Source of the DNA: Lophium mytilinum | Lineage: Eukaryota | Direction of reading: 5' to 3' | Assembly: GCA_010093605.1 (NCBI GenBank) | Contig: MU004187.1 | Coordinates: 1,054,001-1,109,448, forward strand | DNA: 55,448 bases | In this document: positions 13,131 through 24,422 of the stretch, in pieces | Layout of the letters: every line of letters begins with the position of its first letter | Numbering within the stretch: the first letter of the stretch is position 1 | Translations under genes and position numbers: made by a program | Notes under the pieces: model-generated | The model's input: the letters and a program-made list of their open reading frames with translations, nothing else | What the model was told of the DNA's origin: nothing | The model's database searches: none

Positions 13131-13632
13131 GGTGACGAGAGCGAGTCCGGGTGGATAGATTAGACATTAAGGAGGGAGAAGAGCATTGCGCCCGCAGGTC
13201 AGAAGTATGGAAGGATTCGGCTCTGGTCGCGGCGTTTCCGTTCCCTCGCTGGCCGGCACGACGTAATCAAGCCCGCCCCAGCAGCCCTGTCACAACTCCC
13301 CCCACAGCTCCCGCTGCCAGGTGCCGCCAAGGGCGCTTTGTACCTTTTCTGATATCCAGCATGCCGTGACAGGTTGCCCAGAGCCAAATCTGTTCTCGGT
13401 TGCAATTGGTTGATCGAGTTCCGAACAAGCCGAAGCACTCATGTTGGACATATACACGTCTTGGTGGTAAATCCGAGCAACAGTGAAGGCGTTATCCTAA
13501 GCGAACCATGTTTCCACTGGAACCGAGCGCGAAAGGGCTTACAGAACGCCATTCGCCTTCTTTAGTGCTTACCAAGTTTAGCTCCCATGACTTTCCGGAT
13601 GTCCGCGGGCATCGTCTGAGCTGCGTGAGTAG

Positions 13633-13971
13633 GTCACGTGATGAGTGGTGAAGCTGAGGAAATTCGCAAACTGATCTAATTTCAGCACACATATATGTAG
13701 AATGTGCATGGTTTGCGCTATAGCAATGTATCTAGCATGGCTGCATCCATTTGCCCTCAGGGTATGGTTACTTTGAGCAGGCTTCAAGTGGCAGTCTGTT
13801 TCAACTCTATGTGAGGTGGCTCGGAGAGCTATCAGGCTCGTCAAAATTATTGTTTTTGAATTCTCTATGACGTCCCAGGAAACCTCAAGTGGTACACTCC
13901 CGAGCGCACCGACCCTCTCTCCGCTCCTATGCTCGCAGGGATCTCATGGAATGCGAGACATATCACGTGAC
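13633..13971. promoter_or_regulatory. Two TCACGTGA E-box (Cbf1/bHLH-type) motifs in the divergent SYLF/NUP85 intergenic region
   Basis: GTCACGTGA at 13633-13641 and TCACGTGAC at 13963-13971. Confidence 0.35.
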
Positions 13972-14236
13972 TGATCGTGAGGTGTGGCCCGAGCTTTTAA
14001 GGCTTGGATGTTTTGCGCTGGCCTGTCGCGTCGCAGTGAACTGCTCGCGAATGTCAATCCTCTCCTCGCCCGCGCCATTCATCACCTCCACGACGGCTTC
14101 ACTTCTATTCTCTTTGATCTTCTTCTTTTTCTGGTAGCGACTCGCGCACCGGAGCAGTTTAGCTGCTGATCACTTCATTCTCCTCGCAACATTACCTCTT
14201 TGTCCACCATATCAACCCTCCACCCTATCGCCGACC

Positions 14237-17200
14237 ATGGCCTTCCGCGTACCATCCTCGACGCCCCCCTCCACTCCCGACTCTCGTCGCTCAAGTAGAC
14301 ATAATTTCCCCTCCACCACTCCCGCTGGCCCGCCTCCTTCCCGGTTCATTCCCTCCTCGACGCCCGCCGGACCACCTCCCTCCAACTTCCCCAGCTCCCA
14401 GTTCGGCGCCTCTAGACAGCCCAACTTCCAGAGACCTACGTTTAGAAGCTCGCCCCCTAAAAAGACGACGCCTTATGCTAGCAGTCGTTTCGCCGTTCCT
14501 GACTCCACACCACTTGAAAGCTCCGCCAATCGAGGTCGCCCTGGCTTTCACGCGCCGGGAAGCAGCCCGCCGTACGGGTCTGACGAGGACGAGGACCAAT
14601 ATAGCGATGAAGAAATAATGGCTATGCGTGAATTGGAAACGAGTGACGACGGTGTCGATGACACAGAGTCTGACGAGGGCGAGGGCGAAGAAGATGAGGA
14701 GGACGAGGAAATGGAAGAGGACGATGATTTCGATGGCGGGGCTCGCAGTCAAACCGGACGACAATCTGCATACTCCGCTTCCGCAAGCTACAGTCTGAGG
14801 GACCTGGGACTTTTCGATTCTGTGAGGGACAAAAAGCGTTCACGATTCGGGGACTCTACAAGGTCACATCCAGGACCAGAGAGCCAGACCTTTGCCCTAA
14901 GACAGAGAAAGTACGATTTCCTCACAATAGCGAAAGGCATAGTAGGGCCCCCGGCGCGTGAACTAGCGGAACCCGACGAATTGATACTGGAGACGGAGAA
15001 GCTTCTGGGAAGATTGAGCGAATCCGAGAACAACAACAACCCAATGGCGCGGGGTGAAACTATTGCGGATGTTGCGCAGCAGCTGCTGCGACTATGGAGG
15101 CAGTTCTCGCGGACGTCATTCAAGAGCAGTGTGCACGGCGCAGGACCGCCGAATACGGAATCATCAATAACGAAAGCCAATTATTTGGTTAGCCTGTTAC
15201 TCCAGCTTCATTATCCGGCACCGCCATCCAATGTAGGCCGATCTTCCATGTTCGGCCTTTCTAGACGAGACGCGCAAAGGAGCTCGCCGATTCCCAAGAT
15301 TCTGCTAGACTGGATGAACACGTACCACAGGCCAGACACTGAAATTGGACACGTCCTGAGAGAGCAACGCGGCTACTCCGCGAATCCGGGTTATTGGGAT
15401 GCGGTCAAATACACGGTTCGTACCACCCAGATGACGAGTTGCAATATCGGTTTTATTGTACTAACATATATGCAGGTTCTCCGTGGAAATTTCGCCGCAA
15501 CCATTAAGCTCTTGAAGGGCGGAAGGTTTGATGTAGCGGAAACAGCACCTATCGACGGTTTCGGGGACCAAGGATACGAAGGCGTCCAGTTGAAGAACGT
15601 CAACGCTGTGGTCAATGATGCGATTGCCTTGATTCAAGAATGCCCAGCCGTCGCATCGGATGACTGGGATGTGAAGGGCTATGACTGGAACCTCTTCAGG
15701 AAACAAGTCTCGCAATCTATCTCAGATCTCAGGGAATTTGCAGAGGGAGACAGCCCAAACAGAACCAGCCAGCAATCCGAATCTGATCCTTTCGGAATGT
15801 CGGCGTCGCACAACAACCTAACCATGCAAAGCCGAAAGGCTGAAAGTAACGTTCCATGGTCGATATACGAGAGCCTACTCGTCCTTTACAACCAACTTCT
15901 GGGAAGCCCGGACGAAATCCTTGGCATCGCCGTGGATTGGACTGAAGCTGTTCTCGGACTCGCCATCTGGTGGGATGGCGACGATGAAGAGGGTCCTAAA
16001 GGCTCTCTTGCCGCCAGCCGGCGGTCACTAGCACGTTCCCACGGAACGCGAGTTGCAGATGTAACGCCAGCATCAGCCTATCGCCAAAAGCTCTGCTCTG
16101 CCCTTGCAAGAGTCATAGAGATGAATGATCCGAGTCTTAGTATAAACGTGTCTAGCCCCACGGACGTCGGTCTGGCTTGCATATTTGACGTCAACTTAGA
16201 AGGACTGACATACATACTCCAAAATTGGTCTGTCGTTATGGTGACTGCTGTTGTTGAGGTTGCGAGCGCGGACAATTGGCTAAAACCCACTTCTAATGAC
16301 GGCGTTGACGGTTTTGACAAGTCTGACTTGATGGTTCTGAGTTACGGACAACAAGGGGAAGAGCATCTAGACAAGGACGACATGTTGATCCGGTACGCAG
16401 AATGTCTTAGAAGGAAGGACTCTGTACGAAGTCCTAACTTGGAGACCAATCGGGAAGGATGGGAACTTGCAATCCAGGTCGTAGGTCGTCTAGATGATGA
16501 GAACCTCGCCAATGAGTTCATCGGGAGAATGCTAGGCTCGCTAGAACTATCCTCAGGAGAGCGGGTTGATAAGATTCTCGATCTTTGCACGAGTTTGGGC
16601 TTCGTGGATCAGTCTAACACCGTCGCGGAGGTAAGTTTTCGAACCCCATCTCTTCGATCTATACTGACCACCTGCAGAAATATGCCGATCAGCTCCGCAG
16701 CTCTACTCGCAATTTCGGCGACACGCTACTCTACTACGCCCGCGGCCACCAACCACAGAAGATCCAAGAAGTGCTCCAAATCCTCGTCTCCGAGTGCCTC
16801 GTCCATTCCGTCTCCTACCCACCCGTCCCCGACCTAGACGACCGCCTCAAAGCCCTCATCACCTCCCCCCAACGCACCCTCACCGACCTCTCCCGCACCG
16901 ACCTCGGCGCCGCCCAACTCCTCTCCACCTACCTCAGCGGCTACGCCACGGTCCGCAAATTCTACGACCTCCGCGACGAAGCCCTGACCGTCCCCGCCGG
17001 CACGAAACCCTCCCTCCGCCCCATGGCGCGCAAGCTCGCCGCCGCCAACGCGCTCATGGTGCTCATCGCCAGCGCGTCGTCCAGCATCCGCGGCGGGCTG
17101 TACGACGCCACCGTCGAGACGGTCGTGCAGGTCGACGTGCTGCTCTCGCTGCTCGGCGAGGCGCTGGTCTTCGTCAACCAGCCCAAGCGCGCGCTCACGC

Positions 17201-17610
17201 TGCCACATCTCTATGCCCTCCTCGCCGCGATTGAGGACCTGCAGACCGCGCCGTCGCTCATCTACCAGCAGGCGGAGGAGTGCCTCGCTACGACGCTCGC
17301 GACGGCCCGTGGGGCGGAGGCGCCGGGGGCGCGAGGGACGCTGTTGCGGAAGTCGACGTCGAATCTTACGACGGCGTCGAGCCAGTTTTCGTTGGTGGGG
17401 AGCTCGATGCTCGGGGAGGGGTCGTCGGCGGGGGAGAGGAGTACGGAGAATAGTGGGGTGTTGGTTAAGGGGGGAAAGAGTGAGCTGGAGGTGAAGCGGG
17501 CGTGGGATTGGCGGGGTGGGTTTGAGAAGTCGGCGAAGGGGGAGGATGTGATTAGGTTGTTGAGGTTGGGGATTGCGGAGGAGATTGGCAGGGCGTGGGT
17601 GGAGGAGTAG
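14237..17610 (+). CDS. NUP85: Nuclear pore complex protein Nup85-like
   Basis: Pro/Ser-rich and acidic N-terminus, then a helical region (DWTEAVLGLAIWWDG, REGWELAIQV) and C-terminal RAWDWR, as recalled for Pezizomycotina Nup85. Introns 15416-15475 and 16631-16677; the second joins the two ORFs. Confidence 0.75.
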
Positions 17611-19106
17611 GGGGGAAAGGGGGAGAGAGTAGGTGGGAGAGGGGGGATCAGAGCAGTATGTACAACTATAGCAGCTAAGCGAATTAATGAGGGAGCTTGA
17701 ACAAGCGATTTGGAGCTTTGAAGTAATGCATTCTGCGCAGTAGTGCTTTTATGCATAATAGAAAGAACACACCTAGCTTAACACCCACCAGCAAAGCCAA
17801 GCCCCAAGTAGCCTTAGCATAGGTACCCTTTCCTCTCCTCACCTAACCCCTAATCACCTGGTGTCTGGCTCCTGGTTACACACCTCCAAACAGGCGCCCC
17901 ACCCTTCTCTCCCTCCACGGAGCTGCTCTAAAACTTCCTTCCTATTCCGGCACCCACCCCTACGACAAACAGCAAAAGTGTTGAACGCAGACGGGGAGGC
18001 GGCGAAGCAGTCCGTCGAGTCGTGAGCCTTTCTGCTCACGGTCTTCTTTCAGCTTTCCGCATGAATGCGGTGCCTAACCCGCTGATTGGCGCGTCGGGGG
18101 CAGGGCCGTCTCCGAGTGGCGATGGGGCGGGCGTGCCGAGGCGCGTGGGGTGGAGGGTACGCTTGGGGACGGTTTGGCGGGAGGTTTGTCGGGGGCGGGA
18201 TCGAGGCCGTGAAGGTTACTTAGAGAGGTGGGTTGGGTGGTGGGTCTGGGATTGGTGCTGTTGGGGGAGTGGAACGGAGCCGTCGTGAGAAAAGCACTGT
18301 TGTGAGATCGTGAGATGGAGGTTATGTGAGCGGTATCCCAGAATCTGTTACAGCTATTCTACCGCAATATGGAAAGTCCGGTATGGTAGAAAGGGAGTGC
18401 TGTACAAGAACGAGAACATCCACCCTATCCATCAGCAACCTCACCCCTTCCCCGAAATACCTTACCCCCTCCCATCTCAAACCCCTACCACAAACTCCCA
18501 CCCACATCACGGAGGCGGACGCTGCGCCGTTCTATCTGTGCAGATGCGGAACGCGGTGGTACGTAGATGAATGGGGGTTGCGTTAGCGGATTACGTGCAG
18601 CTTATTCGCGGAGGCGGAGGAAAGCTCCTAGACCGATGCACGGAACCTAGGCGTCGATCATCTGTGGGACGGTATGCGGGCTTTATGTGAACTAGCGGAA
18701 GGGGGAGTCTGGAGGGGGCTAGGTGTGTCCTGTTGAGGCAAGTCTTGGCAGATGGGGGGAGAAAGTGTGGAGTCTCGAGGGGTGATATCTAGGGCGGCGA
18801 AGTGGGGAGTTTGGAGGGTTGATATTTAGGGCGGTGGAAGTTTGGGGTGGCGATTGGTAGGATTGGGCGGGTTGGAGGGAGATTGAGGCTGTTGATGTTG
18901 GTGATGGATGACTGGTATTGGAGTTTGGCTTGAGGTCTGGAGATCAATGTTGGTGATGCGAAGGTGAGAGAAACTTCGACGATGGGCCGGGCGTTACAAA
19001 GGTAGCATTCCGTGTGGCCAGCTCAAGTGTTTCAGATATGTTTTTCATTAAGAGCCATCTATTAGGTATATTGCCAACTCTCCCGAACTCTGTCAATTGC
19101 CTACAC

Positions 19107-20288
19107 TCACCCTATCCTATACTTCCAATCCCGCTCCGCAAAGTACACATCGCAATCCACCCCTCCAAACACACCTATAGCCGCAAACAAATCACAGTCT
19201 CCAACCAACCCCACCGTGCCCCCCTCACTCCGCTGATCCAACTCCTCCGTCCCATCCCAACTCCCCGCCTCCACCCCATCCCGCGTGAAGAAAACCCTGA
19301 TATCCAGCTTCCCACTCCCCCCCTGATCTCCATACCCCGGCGGGCTATGTGGCGGCGCAAACGTGATCCCAATCCCCAACCGCTGGCCGGGCATAAACGG
19401 CGTCGTGAAATCGCTGCCGCCAAACGTATCATTCACGTAGCGGTGTCCGTCGTCGCCGTGCACGCCCAAGCTCCCACGCTGCCACCCCGGCAGCCGAAAC
19501 GTAGGAAACGGCGGCGCGACGAAGCCGATCGCGACGCCGAACTCCGGCTCCTCACGCCAAGGCCCGTTCTTGGTGTTGAACTGCAGCTCGAAGTAGATGG
19601 TCTTGGCGCGGCGCGTGTGGAGCGGGCTGTCCCACTGCGCGGCGTAGAGCGGGAGGGAGGTTAGGAGGCAGGAGTCCGTACATTTGGCTTTTGTGCGGAA
19701 GTTCCAGGCTCCTGGGCGCTGTTGGGAGTGGAGGTCGCCTTGGAAGGTGGGAGGGCGGAGGAGGGTGAGCTGGCCGGATTGGATGAAGTTGTGGTGGTCG
19801 GGCGTGAAGGTGCCGGGCGGGTAGAGAGGGTTGCGTTGGCACCAGAGGTAGGCGGCTTCGCCTTCGTCGCTGCTGGCGTTGGCGGTTGGGGAGGCGTCGT
19901 AGCCGATGCTTGGGGGTGGCGGGAGGAGGGAGTTGTCTGGGATGACGGTCCAGTCGTGGTAGGGTGGAGGCTCCTCGGATGACATGTTTGGAGGCGGTCC
20001 TGGAGGTGGGGCGTATGATGTTGATGGTGGTGGTCCTGAAGGTGGAGCGTAGCTAGGCGCCGACGTGCCTTTATGTGACGGCGGAGGGCCTGATGGAGGT
20101 TCATAGCTTGATGATGAGCTATGTGCTTGCGGGGGAGTATATGAAGCTGGGGGCGTGTAGGCTTGTGAGTTCTCTTCTGGCTGACGACTTGAAGAGTGGC
20201 CTAATCGTTTGTACCACGGGTTGTTCGAATTCAGTTTGCCCGGGGGAGGTCCTGAAGGCGGCTGATATTCGTCTTTCTCTTTGCCCAT
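19107..20288 (-). CDS. SPRY-domain protein (Ssh4/Ear1-like) with Pro-rich, PPxY-like N-terminus
   Basis: YFE, AIGF..P.P.FRLPGWQRGSLGVHGDDG.RY, GIG, FFTRDG and LFAAIG SPRY motifs; start MGKEKDE. Confidence 0.85.
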   Translation of the reverse strand: MGKEKDEYQPPSGPPPGKLNSNNPWYKRLGHSSSRQPEENSQAYTPPASYTPPQAHSSSSSYEPPSGPPPSHKGTSAPSYAPPSGPPPSTSYAPPPGPPPNMSSEEPPPYHDWTVIPDNSLLPPPPSIGYDASPTANASSDEGEAAYLWCQRNPLYPPGTFTPDHHNFIQSGQLTLLRPPTFQGDLHSQQRPGAWNFRTKAKCTDSCLLTSLPLYAAQWDSPLHTRRAKTIYFELQFNTKNGPWREEPEFGVAIGFVAPPFPTFRLPGWQRGSLGVHGDDGHRYVNDTFGGSDFTTPFMPGQRLGIGITFAPPHSPPGYGDQGGSGKLDIRVFFTRDGVEAGSWDGTEELDQRSEGGTVGLVGDCDLFAAIGVFGGVDCDVYFAERDWKYRIG

Positions 20289-20788
20289 GATGACTGATAG
20301 ATAACTTGAAGGAAAGAAGAGTGACGAGGGAAAGAAAGACGTCAAATAATCTTAGATAGTTTGACTGGGGATTTCGTTCACTAGACCTTCAAAGCCTGGT
20401 TGATGTTTGAAGGAGTTGAAGTGAATAGGTTACCTTGGTAGCGAGAGAGTGATACATGGACGATGGTGGCGCAGCGCTGAGTCGGAGGTCTTGGTGTTGA
20501 GGGGTAGCTGGGACGGGCAGTTGAAACTCCTATCCGTGTTTGCCCACGACACGTGGAATTCATGTGGAAACATACATCCAAAAGGCTTATAGTATCCTTA
20601 TGCTTCTGTCGTTTGCTGCCATCAAATGGCTACCGTCGCAGTTTTTACAACATTACAGATGATGAGCAACACACTCTCGTGTCTGCCCACCAAACCTCAA
20701 ACTGTTCCCAACTCCAAAGCCTTTTATTCGCCCGCCCATAACGCCCATTCTGATTCCCAAATGCATAGAAAGCGCTCGCTCGCCCTCA

Positions 20789-21727
20789 TTACCTCAGATA
20801 CTTCAAGACCATGTAGCAGAACACGAAGAATATCACGACTCCAGCCCAGAATATCCACTTATCCTGCTTCGCCCTCCGCTCGACCATGCGAATCGTGTCC
20901 CCACTAACCCCCAGTGTATTCGCAACGCTATACAGCCGCCGCTGCGTCCCCTTGAGCATCTCCCTCTGCTGTGATAGATCCCCCAGCACCGCCCTCCCCC
21001 GATCCAAGAACTCGTCTAGATGCGCATTGGCCTGCGAGGCGAACGTTTGCTCACGGAAAGCGTGTGTCTCTCGATCGTATTCTGAAGGTGCCGCACCGAG
21101 CGCAGTGCCGCGGGAAGCTGCGTAAGAGGCAGATGAGGGATTTGGCGCCCATGGCGAGTGTTGCTGCGATGATTGTGCGTTGTTTGCGTAGGGATTCTCA
21201 GGCGTAGCGGTATTGTGAGGGCGGCGACCCAAGAGCTCGGTGCGGTTTTGGCTGGTTTGCTAGAAAGTGTGAGCTTACATCCCATGGAAAGCCTGCATAG
21301 TGCCTCGTCGTAGCTTTGTATACAATCTCCGCAACCGGTTATGGTGCCTCAATAGACCCAGATTTCCGACGAGACACTATAGAACAAACGTACAATTTCT
21401 TCGTTGACCTGCCGTAACCTCGCGAATTGCGCCCTGTAGTCTGATAGTTCGGCGCGAAATGTTTTGAGCCGTTCCTGCGCCTTCTCCTGCTTCGAGGCCA
21501 CGATCTCTTGCTTCGCGAGCTTGTTGTAGTCGTCGATTGTGCGCGAGAAGGAGGTGAGGGATGCGTTGATCTGGCCTAGAAGCGCTGGGGATGGTGACGG
21601 GGCGTCGGCGAAGGTATCTAGGTCCTTTCGGATTGCTGTGGATTGGCGCAAGGCCGAGTTGAAGAGGGCGTTCTATATACCAGTCAGTTCTATGCATCTT
21701 GAACCTGAGCATGATATATCAGACCAT
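20789..21727 (-). CDS. BOS1: ER-Golgi Qb-SNARE Bos1/membrin
   Basis: Probable ATG-only first exon, then NALFNSALRQS...SFSRTIDDY; RETHAFREQ...LKGTQRRLYSVANTLGVSGDTIRMVERRAKQDKWIF followed by a C-terminal TM segment. Confidence 0.9.
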
Positions 21728-22015
21728 TGCGTTGTTGCTTGAATGAACTGGCTCTTAAAATGTTTGGGCGAAATAACTATGCATCCGCCTTCGCAATAAC
21801 AGGCGCGAGATCTCGAAATATACGGGGTCGTGTTCTTTGTGGAAGCCTTGGGGTGGAGTGTTGTGAGGACAGGTGGACCCTTCGTCCAGAGTTCAACCTT
21901 GAAGTCCAATCACTCCCCCTTCGCGCACCCCCGGCCAGGCCGCTCCACGATCTCGCCGCAAAAAGTTCCACAGCGCTCCTGCAGATCCTCACAACTCCAC
22001 CACGAAACGCGCACC

Positions 22016-22719
22016 ATGGCCTCAAGGCAAGCCCACCTCCCCAAGTCTCCCCATAAAGCTACGGATCTCACTAACCCAACCCAACCCGCAGGTTCAGTTC
22101 CACAACCCAGCACCGGGACGCCCGCAGCGCCCTCTTCAGCACCTACGACCGCAGCACCTCGCCCTCAAAGTCCAAATCAAAGTCCCCCGCCGGGCGGCCC
22201 ACCAGCGGCTATGGCTACGGCTTCCCTCCCCCCGCCGCATCAAACGGCAGTCCCGCCTTCTCCGCCTACCCCGGGGGCGGCGGCGGGAGTCCCAACCTGA
22301 GCCCCGGCATGGTCAACTACCGCCCCGCGACGCCGAATTCGCGCGGCCAGTACTCAGACGCCGTGCTGAGCGAGCTGGAGAGCCAGAACGAGGACCAGCT
22401 GGCGGGGATGAGCGCGAAGGTGCGGATGTTGAAAGATGTAGGAATCACCCTTTGCCACTACACTACACCACAAAGCGCTCTTGGATCTTGGGCTAACGAG
22501 AGGGGGGACTAGATTACGGTGGCGATTGGAGACGAGATCCGCGACTCGACGGCCCTGGCGGAGAAGATGAATGATTCGTTTGATAATACGCGCGTGCGGT
22601 TGCGGGGCACGATGAATCGCATGCTGCGGATGGCGGAGAAGACGGGGGTGGGGTGGAAGGTGTGGCTGGGCTTCTTTGCGGCGGTTATCTTCTTGTTTTG
22701 GTATGTGTGGTTGTTCTAG
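22016..22719 (+). CDS. BET1: Qc-SNARE Bet1/Sft1 type
   Basis: MASR|FSST..RDARSALFSTY; LSELESQNE..KVRMLKD|ITVAIGDEIRDS..RGTMNRMLRMA followed by a C-terminal TM segment. Introns 22027-22091 (GC-AG) and 22438-22512 give a continuous frame. Confidence 0.85.
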
Positions 22720-22944
22720 TCGAGCGATGGGGCGCCCCCTGAGTTGGGCTCTGGGGTGAGTGGGCGTTGGATCGCATGTACACGTCTGCTGGTTGGCGCT
22801 GTGGGACGGCGTTGTATTATATGGGGCATTGAGTGAGCAAGGCGTTCAGGCGTTGGACATGAGCATCATATCTGCTCTAGTAATTATCATGCTGCATTAC
22901 AATCCTTCGCTATGCTTTGTAAACTCCATATCCCGTCCCGCTCG

Positions 22945-23820
22945 CTACGAAAAGCGCAGCTTTGGCATTATGAACACAATCGCAAATGCGATGAACCACA
23001 GGCCGAAGATCATGCCGTAGAGCTTCATCCGGTCCCACCATCCCTTTCCTTCTGTCATCCTTCGTAATGTGCCCATTCGCTGTCCTGCTGCCTCCATGCC
23101 CATGGCGTTCTTGTCTAAGCCTGTCACTGCCCGGTCCAGTATCGACTTCTCCGATTCCAATGCGCCGGCGAACTGTAAGGACTGATTTTTGAGCGCTTTG
23201 GCCATGTCGAGAAGGGACGTCGTAAGCGTTTCCTGTTCGTTGCGGTTGTGCGAGAGAAGTGTTTCTGTCTGCGGCTTGGAACTGGCAGATTGCGTATTGG
23301 ACCCGAACAAAGCACCACTTGTGGTCGCACTCGCTGGCGGCTGTGATTTCCGTGACCGAAGTGTCGACGATAGATTTGCAGCAGCTTCTTGCAGGGCCGG
23401 ATTCTCCTCTTTGTTCACATGGTCTATGGAACTCGACGTGTCCTTGACCGCGGGCGCGTACGAAGGGAAAATGTCTTCGTCGTCCTCGGACTCTGAAGCG
23501 GATCCTCCATCAGAGCTGTCGTCGATTTGATTGAGCTCGTACAGCCGTTTGTTTAGTTGCTTTATGAGTGCCCGTTTGGTTTGTAGGTCCGCCTGGAGTG
23601 CTTGTTTTCGCGACAGGATTTTGATGCCAGAGCTGTCATGCTCTAGCTTCAGGAGGAGGGACCGAGCGTATTCGAGGTTTGCGCCAACCTTTGCGCGGTC
23701 GTAGCTGGATGTTCGTAGGTTCGTGTCGGAGTCTGGCGAGAAGAGGGTTTGCTCAAGGTGTGTGAGGAGGCGTTGTAGACTGATGGCGGTGGTATCTGTG
23801 GGGACGGCTATGGAAGCCAT
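22945..23820 (-). CDS. USE1: ER retrograde Qc-SNARE Use1-like
   Basis: 291-aa ORF with N-terminal RLL.HLE..NLEYARSLL, SNARE coiled coil EQETLTTSLLDMAKALK and a C-terminal TM ending MPKLRF. Confidence 0.75.
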   Translation of the reverse strand: MASIAVPTDTTAISLQRLLTHLEQTLFSPDSDTNLRTSSYDRAKVGANLEYARSLLLKLEHDSSGIKILSRKQALQADLQTKRALIKQLNKRLYELNQIDDSSDGGSASESEDDEDIFPSYAPAVKDTSSSIDHVNKEENPALQEAAANLSSTLRSRKSQPPASATTSGALFGSNTQSASSKPQTETLLSHNRNEQETLTTSLLDMAKALKNQSLQFAGALESEKSILDRAVTGLDKNAMGMEAAGQRMGTLRRMTEGKGWWDRMKLYGMIFGLWFIAFAIVFIMPKLRFS

Positions 23821-24422
23821 GCTGAAGTTTTCGAATTGAGGAGGGTTTCAAGTAGTTGTCGAGGTGGAGTCGTGAATGAGGCTGATGATGTAAGGGACAG
23901 CTTGCAGATCGATCTTGGAATACCAAAACGCCCCCACCATACCGCGTAAAGCCCCATAAAAGTCCCTTAAATATAAAGTGGCACTCTACGAAGCTATAAG
24001 AACTAACTCCGAAATACTCTCGAGGCTTGAGGAGGCTTGCCTAGCACTACTCGAGGTCTTTTAGTACGTTTCAGAGCAAAAGCTTCAGAAGCCTGATAGC
24101 TTTCCGGCCACCTCATACAGCATAACAATATCCCCGCATAAAACCCTACATAAACACCAATGCACGACACCGTCACCACTCTGCGCGTCGTGCGCGTCAG
24201 CAGAATAAGTAGTACAACACTGCTATGCTATCCCCTCGTTCAGAGCTGCAACCACAACACAATCACTATTTCCTTCTTCATTCTCAAGAAGGCCGTCGTC
24301 ATCTACCTTCTCGCCACTGATGATGTAACTTTCACTATTTGGCACTCCAACTCCACGCCGAGGCGCCTTATACCTCAACTTCTCCACGCAACCGCTCATG
24401 CTTCCATCTCCCCACCACCTCA

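Noticed and set aside
17850..18960. Short ORFs and a ~37-bp imperfect two-copy repeat (18777-18850)
   Set aside because: No coherent gene model could be built; possibly an orphan gene, but unsupported.
16794..20104. Arg/Pro-rich overlapping ORFs around the NUP85 3' end and the SPRY gene
   Set aside because: Alternative-frame products of GC-rich coding DNA.
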